Below are positions 43,914-52,975 of a stretch of DNA of 64,000 nt, in pieces. Source of the DNA: Rhodocyclales bacterium (GTDB taxonomy: Bacteria; Pseudomonadota; Gammaproteobacteria; Burkholderiales; Rhodocyclaceae); NCBI GenBank assembly GCA_028292505.1, contig JAQGMF010000013.1:36025-100024 (forward strand). Direction: 5' to 3'. Each line of letters opens with the position of its first letter. Position 1 is the first letter of the stretch. The notes below the pieces were generated by a model. That model did no database searches, had not been told where the DNA came from, and worked only from the letters and a program-made list of their open reading frames with translations. The translations under genes were made by a program, and so were the position numbers.

Positions 43914-44942
43914 TTACTTGCCCGGGGTATAGATCTGGTCGAACTGACCACCATCGGCGAAGTGCACCTTCTGCGCGTTCTGCCAGTTACCGAAGAAGTC
44001 TTCGAGCTTGAAGAGCTTCACCGGGGCAAACTGTTTGGCATATTTTGTAGCGATCTTGGCATCGGTCGGACGGTAATAGTTCTTGCCAGCGATGTCCTGA
44101 CCTTCAGGTGTGTAGAGGTATTGCAGATAGGCCTCGGCAACCTTGCGCGTGCCCTTCCTGTCCACCACCTTGTCGATTACTGCAACGGGCGGTTCGGCGA
44201 GGATGGACAGCGACGGTGTGACGATCTCGAACTGCCCTGGCAACTCCTTGAGCGACAGGTAGGCTTCGTTTTCCCAGGCAATCAGCACATCGCCAATACC
44301 CTTTTCGGTGAAGGTGGTTGTCGAACCGCGCGCACCGGAGTCCAGCACCTTGACGTTGGCATAAACGGATTTGACGAAGGCCTTCGCGGACTCATCCGTC
44401 GCGCCTTTCTGCTTGAGTGCGTAGCCCCAAGCCGCGAGGTAGTTCCAGCGCGCGCCGCCGGACGTCTTCGGGTTTGGCGTGATCACTTCGACACCCGGAC
44501 GTGCCAGATCGGCCCAGTCCTTGATCTTCTTGGGATTGCCTTTGCGCACCAGGAACACGATGGTCGATGTGTAGGGTGAGGCGTTATGCGCGAGGCGTTT
44601 CTGCCAGTCCTGGGCGAGGAGGCCCTTGTCGGCAATGGCCTCGATGTCATAGCCGAGCGCCAGCGTTACGACATCGGCATCCAGGCCGTCGATTACCGCA
44701 CGTGCCTGTGCCCCCGAGCCGCCATGCGATTGCTTGATCTTCACGACTTCGCCGGTCTTGGTCTGCCAGTACTTGGCGAATGCCTGGTTGAAATTGTCGT
44801 ACAGCTCCCGCGTCGGGTCGTAGGAAACATTCAGCAGTGTGGTGTCTGCCCAGGCTGCGCCGGCGGCAGCGATGGCCAATACAGCCAGACTCAGGCCGAG
44901 TACGACGCGACGGGTCGGTTTGAAAGCATCAATGAAGTTCAT
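43914..44942 (-). CDS. sbp: Sulfate ABC transporter substrate-binding protein
   Basis: Signal peptide and the Sbp/CysP-like body ([29 protein letters not shown]). Confidence 0.92.
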   Translation of the reverse strand: MNFIDAFKPTRRVVLGLSLAVLAIAAAGAAWADTTLLNVSYDPTRELYDNFNQAFAKYWQTKTGEVVKIKQSHGGSGAQARAVIDGLDADVVTLALGYDIEAIADKGLLAQDWQKRLAHNASPYTSTIVFLVRKGNPKKIKDWADLARPGVEVITPNPKTSGGARWNYLAAWGYALKQKGATDESAKAFVKSVYANVKVLDSGARGSTTTFTEKGIGDVLIAWENEAYLSLKELPGQFEIVTPSLSILAEPPVAVIDKVVDRKGTRKVAEAYLQYLYTPEGQDIAGKNYYRPTDAKIATKYAKQFAPVKLFKLEDFFGNWQNAQKVHFADGGQFDQIYTPGK

Positions 44943-45052
44943 GTTTATGCGCCCCTGTGGGTGTTGTTGTGTGATGGACGCACTTTATGGACGGTCCGCT
45001 TTCAACGGAACCAAGAAAAAATGGATTGCTTATGCCGACTCGCGTAATGAGC

Positions 45053-45427
45053 TTATTGGTTGCGCATGTGGTCTGCCAAGCCAACGATGGCTTCCCAGAA
45101 CTTGTCGCGCCATTCGCCGGGCGGCAAGGTTTCATCGAAGGCCTGACGCATGCAATGCAGCCATTGATCGCGCTCGACTTCGCCGATTGAAAACGGCATG
45201 TGGCGCGCACGCATGCGCGGATGGCCATGCTTCTCGATATAGGTCTGCGGTCCGCCGAGCCAGAAGGACAGGTATTCGAACAGCTTCTGACGGCTGCCAT
45301 CGAGCGATTGCGGATGCAAGGAGCGAATGCCAATGGCATCCAGGTCCATGATGTCGTAGAAGCGATCAACCAAAGCACGGATGGCGGGCTCGCCGCCCAG
45401 AGCCTGATAAGCAGTTTGTGATTCCAT
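45053..45427 (-). CDS. Group 2 truncated haemoglobin (GlbO-like; start at MESQTAY; ORF extends to 45487)
   Basis: 2/2 haemoglobin motifs (YQALGGEPAIRALVDRFYDIM, proximal His region HGHPRMRARH). Confidence 0.8.
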   Translation of the reverse strand: MESQTAYQALGGEPAIRALVDRFYDIMDLDAIGIRSLHPQSLDGSRQKLFEYLSFWLGGPQTYIEKHGHPRMRARHMPFSIGEVERDQWLHCMRQAFDETLPPGEWRDKFWEAIVGLADHMRNQ

Positions 45428-45635
45428 GAAACCTTTGAGTGCGTTGGAAGGAAATGCCAGGGGGGTCAGCGCTGGCGCGCCAGTCATTACGCCATTTTAT
45501 CGTTGCCGAACAAGCACGGGCACGCGATAGCAGCGATCGTAGTCATAGGTGCATCGCGCGGCATGAAAGCTGCGTCCTCCGCCTCTGTTGCACTCACGCC
45601 CATGCAAACTTGCGCCTCGATGTACTTCGTGTTTT

Positions 45636-45657
45636 AATGATTAGATATCTAATGATT
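45636..45657. promoter_or_regulatory. 22-bp near-perfect palindrome aatgattagatatctaatgatt upstream of marR; candidate MarR-family operator
   Basis: Centred on palindromic tagatatcta; 14 bp upstream of the marR ATG. Confidence 0.45.
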
Positions 45658-45670
45658 AGAGGGCTCTTAA

Positions 45671-46114
45671 ATGCGGCTTGATGAACGCTTTTCCAGCGCA
45701 CTGCACAGCACCGCGCGTGCTTGGCGTCAGGCCGTCGACCGGCGGCTCAAGGACCTGGGTCTCAGCCAGGCGAGCTGGATGACCATCGCCATGGCTGCCA
45801 AGGCTGCGACGCCCTTGTCGCAGATCGAGCTGGCGCAGAGCCTCGGCGTGGAAGGGTCGACGATGGTGGCGATGATCGACCGCCTGGTGAAAGCCGGTCT
45901 GCTCGTGCGCCAGGCTTCCGAGACGGATCGGCGCGTCAAGTTTGTCGTTCTGACCGATCAGGGCAACGCGCTGTATGGCCGCGTCAAGGCTGAGGCCGAG
46001 GCCTTTCGCAAGGAGCTGATGGTCGGTGTCGATCCCGACAAACTGCTCATCGCCACCGAACTGCTCGAACAGCTCGAATGTGTCGCGAGCTCACATACGT
46101 CAGCTCACACATGA
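45671..46114 (+). CDS. MarR family transcriptional regulator (EmrR-like)
   Basis: Winged-helix MarR motif (LSQIELAQSLGVEGSTMVAMIDRLVKAGLLVRQASETDRR); ATGA overlap with emrB. Confidence 0.88.
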   Translation: MRLDERFSSALHSTARAWRQAVDRRLKDLGLSQASWMTIAMAAKAATPLSQIELAQSLGVEGSTMVAMIDRLVKAGLLVRQASETDRRVKFVVLTDQGNALYGRVKAEAEAFRKELMVGVDPDKLLIATELLEQLECVASSHTSAHT

Positions 46115-47664
46115 ACGCACAGGTGACAAGCAGCGCGGCCGATGGTGGCATCAACCGTCGCATGATCACCCTCTCGATCATGCTGGCGACCATCATCCAG
46201 GCGCTCGACGGCACCATCGCCAACGTCGCCCTGCCGCACATGCAGGGCAGCCTGTCGGCCTCGCAGGATCAGATCACTTGGGTGCTCACCTCCTTCATCG
46301 TCGCGGCGGCCATCGCCACGCCGCTGACCGGCTGGCTGACAGATCGCTTCGGCCTGAAAAATGTTTTCCTCGTGTCGGTCGCCGGTTTCACGATTGCCTC
46401 CGTGCTGTGCGGGCTGTCGGGTTCGCTGGCACAGATCGTCGCGGCGCGGCTATTGCAGGGCGTCTTCGGTGCGGCACTGGTACCCCTGTCTCAAGCCACG
46501 CTGCTCGACATCAATCCACGCGAGAAGCACGGCTCGGCCATGGCCGTGTGGGGCATGGGCGTGATGATCGGGCCGATTCTCGGCCCCACGCTCGGCGGCT
46601 GGCTCACGGACAGCTACAACTGGCGCTGGGTGTTTTTCATCAACGTGCCGGTCGGTGCCATGGCGTTCTATGGCATCTGGAAGTACATCCGCAAGGTGCC
46701 CGCCGCGCGCAATGTGCGCTTCGATATGTTCGGCTTCGCCACGCTTAGTCTGGCCATCGGTGCGTTGCAGATGCTGCTCGACCGTGGCGAGCAGAACGAC
46801 TGGTTCGCGTCGAAAGAAACCTGGGCCGAGGCCATTCTCCTGGCGATGAGTTTGTCATATTTCATCGCACATACCATTCTCATGCCGGCGGGCAAATCCT
46901 TCTTCGATTACCGGCTATTGAAGAACCGTAACTACGTCACCGGTCTGCTGTTCATCTTCATCGTCGGCCTCGTGCTATTCGCCACGCGCGCGCTCACGCC
47001 GACCATGCTGCAAGGCCTGATGGGATATCCCGCTGCCATATCGGGCCTCGTCACCGCGCCGAGCGGCTTCGGCACGATGGTGGCGATGCTCGTCGTCGGC
47101 CGCCTGGTGGGCAAGGTGGACCTGCGCCTGCTACTGGCCACAGGCTTTGCCGTCACCGCGTTTTCGCTGTGGCAGATGAGCCAATACACGCTGGTGCTCA
47201 GTCAAAGCAATATCGTGTGGCCGGGCATGATCCAGGGTGTCGGCCTGGGCCTGGTTTTCGTGCCGCTCAGCGCCGCGACCTTCGCCACCTTGTCGCCGGC
47301 CATGCGCGCCGAGGGCACGGCCATCTACAGCCTGATCCGTAACATCGGCAGCAGCATCGGCATCTCGCTGGTGCAGACACTGCTGGCGCGCAACACACAG
47401 ATCGCGCACGCCTCGCTGGTGACGCAGATCACCAACAACAATGCGGCGCTGAGCGACACCGCCGTGTCGACTCTCTACAACTTTGCAAATGCCAGCGGCA
47501 TTACGGCGCTCAACAACGAAATCACGCGACAGGCATCGATGATCGCCTATGTCGACGACTTCTGGCTGATGCTGCTGCTAACCCTGCTGGTCATCCCCTT
47601 GCTGCTGCTCATCAAGCCGCCGCAGAAAAACAGCCCGGTCGCCGTTGAAATGGTGGCGGAGTAA
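46111..47664 (+). CDS. emrB: DHA2-family MFS multidrug efflux permease (EmrB-like, 14 TM)
   Basis: MFS motif A (GWLTDRFGLKN) and motif C; about 517 aa. Confidence 0.92.
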   Translation: MNAQVTSSAADGGINRRMITLSIMLATIIQALDGTIANVALPHMQGSLSASQDQITWVLTSFIVAAAIATPLTGWLTDRFGLKNVFLVSVAGFTIASVLCGLSGSLAQIVAARLLQGVFGAALVPLSQATLLDINPREKHGSAMAVWGMGVMIGPILGPTLGGWLTDSYNWRWVFFINVPVGAMAFYGIWKYIRKVPAARNVRFDMFGFATLSLAIGALQMLLDRGEQNDWFASKETWAEAILLAMSLSYFIAHTILMPAGKSFFDYRLLKNRNYVTGLLFIFIVGLVLFATRALTPTMLQGLMGYPAAISGLVTAPSGFGTMVAMLVVGRLVGKVDLRLLLATGFAVTAFSLWQMSQYTLVLSQSNIVWPGMIQGVGLGLVFVPLSAATFATLSPAMRAEGTAIYSLIRNIGSSIGISLVQTLLARNTQIAHASLVTQITNNNAALSDTAVSTLYNFANASGITALNNEITRQASMIAYVDDFWLMLLLTLLVIPLLLLIKPPQKNSPVAVEMVAE

Positions 47665-47666
47665 GC

Positions 47667-49115
47667 ATGATGAAAAAAACCATACGACTGTCTCTCGCCA
47701 TTATTGCCATTGGCATATCCGCTTGCGCGCAGATTCCACCCGACCGCGACGTCTTGCCGCAGCAGGATCTGGTGCGTGTGCAACTCGCCGCCAACATCAA
47801 GCTGGCGCGCGACGGCTGGCCGGCAGCGCAATGGTGGACCCGCTTCGGCGACGCGCAACTCGACCAGCTGATCGACCGTGCCCTGAAGCAAGGGCCGTCG
47901 CTGCAAGTGGCCGCTGCGCGCGTGGCGTCGGCCCGCGCCGCGCTGGCGGTGGACCGCGCCGAAGGTGGCAACAGCGTCGACTTCAAGGCCGCCACGAATC
48001 GCCAGCGCTATTCCGCCAATGGCCTGTTCCCGCCACCCATCGGCGGCAGTTACTACACCGAGTCGACGCTGCAAATGATCGTCAGTCACGACTTCGACTG
48101 GTGGGGCAAACGCCGCGCGTCGATCGCAGCTTCGCTCGGCGAACTCAATGCCAGCCAGGCGGAATATGCACAAGCGGAGCAGACCCTGGCGGCCGCCATC
48201 GCGCAGGGCTACTTTAGCCTGCAAGGCGATTGGGCGCGCCTCGCCAATCTGCAACAGATGCGCGATGCGCAAGGCGCGCTGCTGGCTGACCAGAGCAAAC
48301 GCGTCGCGCATGGTCTGGCCTCCAGCGACGAAGAACGCAACGCCGACGCGGCGCTCAGTGCGCTCAACAAACAATACGCGGCACTCGATGGGCAGATCGG
48401 GCGCGAGCGCGAAGCGTTGCGCGCACTGCTCGGTGCGGACAACACCGCACTCGCCGATTTGATGCCACGTGCATTGCCAACGGTGGACGCGGCCTTGCCC
48501 GCCAGTCTGGGCATCGAATTGCTCGCGCGTCGGCCTGACCTGCAGGCGGCCCGCGCGCATGTCGAAGCCTCGCTGAGCCGCATCGAGGTGGCGCAGGCGG
48601 CGTTCTATCCCGACATCAATCTCACCGGCTTCTTTGGCAGCGACGCGCTGTCTTTCGACAAGCTGTTGAACGCTTCGAGCCGCACGTTGTTCATCGGGCC
48701 GACACTGACCCTGCCGCTATTCAACAGCACGCGTCTGCAAGCGGGCCTCGGCGTGGCGCGCAGCCAGCGCAACGAACTGATCGCTGACTACAACCAGTCC
48801 GTCTTCGAGGCCGTGCGCGAAGTCGCGCAGGCCGGCATCAGTCTGCAGGGCCTGCAGCAGGAAATGCAGGCGCAAGGGGCGGCCACGCAGACTGCAACAG
48901 CGACGCTGCGCAGCACCCAGGCACGCTTCCGCCAAGGGCTCGCCGACAACAGCGGCGTGCTCGGCGCGCAGATGACTGTATTCCAACAGCATGGCCAGGA
49001 TCTGCAACTGCAGGCGCAAGCCCTGCTCGCAGATGTCGCCTTGACCAAGGCGTTAGGCGGCGGCTACCGCGCCGAGCCTGCCAGCACCCTCACCACCGCA
49101 CAGCAATCGAAGTAA
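47667..49115 (+). CDS. Efflux transporter outer-membrane lipoprotein, NodT/OprM family
   Basis: Lipobox (AIGISAC) and two OEP repeats. Confidence 0.9.
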   Translation: MMKKTIRLSLAIIAIGISACAQIPPDRDVLPQQDLVRVQLAANIKLARDGWPAAQWWTRFGDAQLDQLIDRALKQGPSLQVAAARVASARAALAVDRAEGGNSVDFKAATNRQRYSANGLFPPPIGGSYYTESTLQMIVSHDFDWWGKRRASIAASLGELNASQAEYAQAEQTLAAAIAQGYFSLQGDWARLANLQQMRDAQGALLADQSKRVAHGLASSDEERNADAALSALNKQYAALDGQIGREREALRALLGADNTALADLMPRALPTVDAALPASLGIELLARRPDLQAARAHVEASLSRIEVAQAAFYPDINLTGFFGSDALSFDKLLNASSRTLFIGPTLTLPLFNSTRLQAGLGVARSQRNELIADYNQSVFEAVREVAQAGISLQGLQQEMQAQGAATQTATATLRSTQARFRQGLADNSGVLGAQMTVFQQHGQDLQLQAQALLADVALTKALGGGYRAEPASTLTTAQQSK

Positions 49116-49129
49116 CCGGATCACTCATC

Positions 49130-50311
49130 ATGACAACACCGCAAGAAACCACGCCCGACAACGACAGACCCACCAATGGAAAACGCAGACTGGTCTTGCT
49201 GGGCATCACCCTGCTGTTCATCCTCGCGATCATCCTCTACGCCATCTACTACAGCCTCGTCCTGTCGCAGGAAGAGCAGACCGACAACGCCTACGTGGGC
49301 GGCAATCTGGTCAACCTGACTTCGCAGGTCACCGGCAATGTGCAGGAGATTCGTGCCGATGAAACGCAGATGGTCACGGCCGGCGCAGAGATCATCAAGC
49401 TCGATCCGGTCGATGCAGAGGTCGCATTGCGTCAGGCCGAAGCGAAGCTGGGCAATACCGTGCGCCAGTTGCGCGAGCGTTATGCCAGTGCCTCGCAATA
49501 TGACGCTGTAATCGAACAGCGACGTCTTGCCTTGCAGACCGCCGAAGACGATCTGGCGCGGCGCGCACCGTTAGCTGCCGATCACACCTTGTCGACAGAA
49601 AGCGTCGCGCATGCGCGTCAGGCTGTCGAAGACGCCAAGGCCGCGCTGGAGGTCAGCGTCAAACAGGCCGAGACGGCGCGCGCCAGCGTCAGCGGCGTGA
49701 GCCTCGCGCAGCACCCGAGCGTGCTCGCCGCCAAGGCCGACTTCATCCAGGCCTGGCTCACCATGCGTCGCAATGCCATTCTCGCGCCAGTCTCGGGCTA
49801 CGTCGCCAAGCGCAGCGTGCAGGTCGGCGCGCGCGTCACGCCGGGCACGCCACTGCTGTCCATCGTGCCACTCGACCAGTTGTGGGTGGACGCCAACTTC
49901 AAGGAATCGGAGTTGCAGAATATCCGCGCTGGTCAGCCGGTACGCATCGAGGCCGACCTGTACGGCGGCAAGGTCGAGTTCCACGGCAAGGTCGTTGGCA
50001 TGTCCGCAGGCACCGGCAGTGCCTTCTCGCTGCTGCCCGCGCAGAACGCTACCGGCAACTGGATCAAGGTCGTGCAGCGTGTGCCGGTGCGCATCTCGCT
50101 CGACCCGCGCGAATTGACGCAGCATCCCTTGCGCATCGGCTTGTCGACTCTCGTGGCCGTCGACACCCACGATCGCGCCGGCGCCATGCTCGGCTCACCC
50201 ATGCCGTCCACACCGGTCTATGCTACGCAGGCGCTGAACCAGCCGATCCACGACGCGGAAAGCATCGCAGATGGCATCATCGCGAAAAATCTTGCCAAGT
50301 CGGTAAGTTGA
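49130..50311 (+). CDS. emrA: HlyD-family membrane fusion protein (EmrA-like)
   Basis: N-terminal TM, coiled-coil region, and an HlyD barrel with a C-terminal PVRISLD region. Confidence 0.9.
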   Translation: MTTPQETTPDNDRPTNGKRRLVLLGITLLFILAIILYAIYYSLVLSQEEQTDNAYVGGNLVNLTSQVTGNVQEIRADETQMVTAGAEIIKLDPVDAEVALRQAEAKLGNTVRQLRERYASASQYDAVIEQRRLALQTAEDDLARRAPLAADHTLSTESVAHARQAVEDAKAALEVSVKQAETARASVSGVSLAQHPSVLAAKADFIQAWLTMRRNAILAPVSGYVAKRSVQVGARVTPGTPLLSIVPLDQLWVDANFKESELQNIRAGQPVRIEADLYGGKVEFHGKVVGMSAGTGSAFSLLPAQNATGNWIKVVQRVPVRISLDPRELTQHPLRIGLSTLVAVDTHDRAGAMLGSPMPSTPVYATQALNQPIHDAESIADGIIAKNLAKSVS

Positions 50312-50338
50312 GTCGAGCATAAAGCGGCGCGGTCCCCC

Positions 50339-50373
50339 GTTTCGTCATTCCGGTGAAAGCCGGGATCCCGAAG
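50339..50373. repeat. Single arm of REP-like element family A (variant)
   Basis: gtttcgtcattccggtgaaagccgggatcccgaag, 28 bp after the emrA stop. Confidence 0.5.
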
Positions 50374-50448
50374 CGTTTGCAAAGACTGGACTGCGGTACG
50401 GCGAAGCCACGAATTTATTTAAATGTCATTGAAGGTATTCGCTGACGC

Positions 50449-51858
50449 ATGAACACCGATCGCCTCGCCGCCGAAACGTTGTTCCACGCAAGCAATGCCC
50501 AGCTTGCCGACGGCGACCTCGCCGCTGCAGAGAAAAGCCTACGACAGGCCATCGCACTACAACCCGAGTTCGCGGAAGCGCATGCCAATCTGGGGTGGGT
50601 GCTCGAGCAAAGCGGCGATTCGAGCGCTGCCGAACAGGCCTACCGCCAAGGCATCGAACTCGCGCCGCATCAGCCCCAGATGCACCTCAATCTCGGCGCG
50701 CTGCTGGCCGATCAGCGACGTAGCGAAGAGGCCGAGACCCACTACCGGTGCGCGTTGGCACTCGACCCCACCAGCCCCGCGGCCGGGTCCAACCTCGGCG
50801 CCCTGCTCGCCTGTCTGCGGCGCGACGACGAAGCCGAGCAATGCTACCGCACGGCCCTGACGCACGACCCGGAGCATCGCACTACGCACTTCAACCTGAG
50901 TTACCTGTTGCTGCGCGCCGGGCGCTTTGAGGAAGGCTGGCAGCATTTCGAGAAGCGCGACTGGTATGCGCAACTCGAAACGCACTTCGATTGTCCGCGC
51001 TGGCAGGGCGAATCGCTGGCAGGCAAGTCCGTACTGATCGGCATCGAAGCGGGCCACGGCGACATGATCCAGTTCTGTCGTTACGCGCGTCTGCTCAAGG
51101 CGCGCGGCGCGCGACACATCTCACTCCTTTGTCATCCCGCGTTGAGCCGTCTGCTGGCCGGTGCGCCGGGCGTTGATGCCATCCTGCCTCTCGATCAGCC
51201 CTTGCCTGCGAGCGGCTGGGATGTGTGGACGCCGCTGCTGAGTATTCCCTATCATTGCCAGACACGCATCGACTCCATACCCGCTGCCATCCCCTACCTG
51301 CACGCCGATGAAACGCAAATTGCATATTGGTCGCAACGGTTGGCCGCGCTGGCAACCGGCACAACATTGCGCGTGGGGCTGGCGTGGAAAGGCAATCCGC
51401 GTTTCGAGAACGACGCGCAGCGCTCGCTGCCCTCGCTCGCAACATTGCAGCCGCTCGGAGATGTAGTTGGCGTAACGTTTTTCAGCTTGCAAAAAGGCGC
51501 TGGCGAACACGAGGCCGCATCGCCGCCGCACGGATTGGCGATACACGATCTGGCGCCATTCATTCACGACTTTGCCGATACCGCTGCCATCGTCATGAAT
51601 CTCGACCTGGTGATCTGCGTCGACACCGCGCTCGCCCATCTCGTCGGGGCGCTGGGCAAAGCATGCTGGGTATTGTTGCCCGACTACAAGACGGACTGGC
51701 GCTGGCTGAATGCGCGAAGCGATTCGCCATGGTACCCCCATGTCATAAGTCTGTTCCGGCAGTCGGCAGCAGGCAATTGGGACCAGGTGGTGATAGCGTT
51801 ACGCGGGGCACTGGCGAACCATGCTCAAGAGAACTACGGATGCGCTGCATGCATTTGA
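50449..51858 (+). CDS. TPR-repeat protein with C-terminal glycosyltransferase family 9-like (heptosyltransferase-fold) domain
   Basis: Several TPR units (AEAHANLGWVLEQSGD..., HLNLGALLADQRR...) and a C-terminal domain with GIEAGHGDMIQFCRYARLLK, typical of GT9-like proteins. Confidence 0.72.
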   Translation: MNTDRLAAETLFHASNAQLADGDLAAAEKSLRQAIALQPEFAEAHANLGWVLEQSGDSSAAEQAYRQGIELAPHQPQMHLNLGALLADQRRSEEAETHYRCALALDPTSPAAGSNLGALLACLRRDDEAEQCYRTALTHDPEHRTTHFNLSYLLLRAGRFEEGWQHFEKRDWYAQLETHFDCPRWQGESLAGKSVLIGIEAGHGDMIQFCRYARLLKARGARHISLLCHPALSRLLAGAPGVDAILPLDQPLPASGWDVWTPLLSIPYHCQTRIDSIPAAIPYLHADETQIAYWSQRLAALATGTTLRVGLAWKGNPRFENDAQRSLPSLATLQPLGDVVGVTFFSLQKGAGEHEAASPPHGLAIHDLAPFIHDFADTAAIVMNLDLVICVDTALAHLVGALGKACWVLLPDYKTDWRWLNARSDSPWYPHVISLFRQSAAGNWDQVVIALRGALANHAQENYGCAACI

Positions 51859-51924
51859 CACGTGCATATAAAATTTATTTACCCGACGCACAACGGTGCG
51901 TCGCAAATACACTGGAGAGACGTA

Positions 51925-52905
51925 ATGGTGGAATGGCTATCGGTGGCGCCGTCGGCGCTGACTTCTTTCATGGCTTCGATGGTGGAATTCGTCGAAGCCC
52001 TGACCATTGTGCTCGCGGTAGGCATCGTGCGCGGCTGGCGCTCCGCCTTGTTGGGCACAGGGGCTGCCGCAATTCTGCTCACGGCGCTGGTGCTCGTGCT
52101 GGGGCGCTCGCTGGCGAACGTGTCCTTGCCCGCACTGCAACTCGTCGTCGGCGTCCTGCTCCTGATGTTTGGTTTGCGCTGGTTGCGCAAGGCGATATTG
52201 CGCGCTGCCGGCGTACTGCCCCTACATGACGAGAGCAAGACATTTGCCGAGGAGACGGCGGCGCTGCGTCGGCAAGACACGACGCACCACGCGGCGATCG
52301 ATCCCATCGCCTTCCTCACCGCTTTCAAGGCTGTCATGCTCGAAGGCATCGAAGTGGTTTTCATCGTCATTGCGCTGGGTTCGGGCGGGCGACTGCTGGT
52401 GCCGGCAGCGATCGGCGCGGGCGTTGCGCTGGCCGTCGTCGTCCTGCTCGGTCTGATGCTCCACCGGCCGCTGGCAACAGTGCCCGAGAATACGCTCAAG
52501 TTCGGTGTCGGCGTTATGCTTTCGGCATTTGGTAGCTTCTGGGTCGGCGAAGGCGTCGGTATCGAATGGGTGCTCGGGGACTGGACGATTCTGCTGTTGA
52601 TAGCGACCTTCCTTTTCGCCGCCCTGGGTCTGGTACGCGCCTGTCGTGGCGTGAAACGACCTGTCTACGTCGCCGGCCATGGTACGAGCAAGAACCCGCC
52701 GAGCGTTTTGGCAGGCGTGTTCGCCGAATTGTTCGGCCTGTTTGTCGACGATGGCTGGCTGGCGGCAGGCATCCTGGGCTGGGTGCTTGCAGCGTGGTTC
52801 CTTCGACATCAGTACGCACCGGCAGCGAATGCCGCCAGCTTTGTCTTCGCTATCGGGCTCCTGATCGTTTTGGGAATGAGCGCCATACGAAAGGCTCGCG
52901 GCTGA
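51925..52905 (+). CDS. Hypothetical polytopic membrane protein with an internal two-fold repeat (start at MVEWLS; ORF extends to 51862)
   Basis: ggagag RBS; repeated MVEFVEALTIVLAVG / VMLEGIEVVFIVIALG helices; about 8 TM; no family assigned. Confidence 0.6.
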   Translation: MVEWLSVAPSALTSFMASMVEFVEALTIVLAVGIVRGWRSALLGTGAAAILLTALVLVLGRSLANVSLPALQLVVGVLLLMFGLRWLRKAILRAAGVLPLHDESKTFAEETAALRRQDTTHHAAIDPIAFLTAFKAVMLEGIEVVFIVIALGSGGRLLVPAAIGAGVALAVVVLLGLMLHRPLATVPENTLKFGVGVMLSAFGSFWVGEGVGIEWVLGDWTILLLIATFLFAALGLVRACRGVKRPVYVAGHGTSKNPPSVLAGVFAELFGLFVDDGWLAAGILGWVLAAWFLRHQYAPAANAASFVFAIGLLIVLGMSAIRKARG

Positions 52906-52975
52906 ACCGGCAACGTTCGGCCAAGAGCATTGGCGCATCGACCGCCGCCATTCTTTTTCCGGGGAGTCATTTGTC

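Noticed and set aside
47547-48560. 337-aa minus-strand ORF
   Set aside because: Antisense to the NodT-family OMP gene, which has lipobox and OEP repeats; no independent support.
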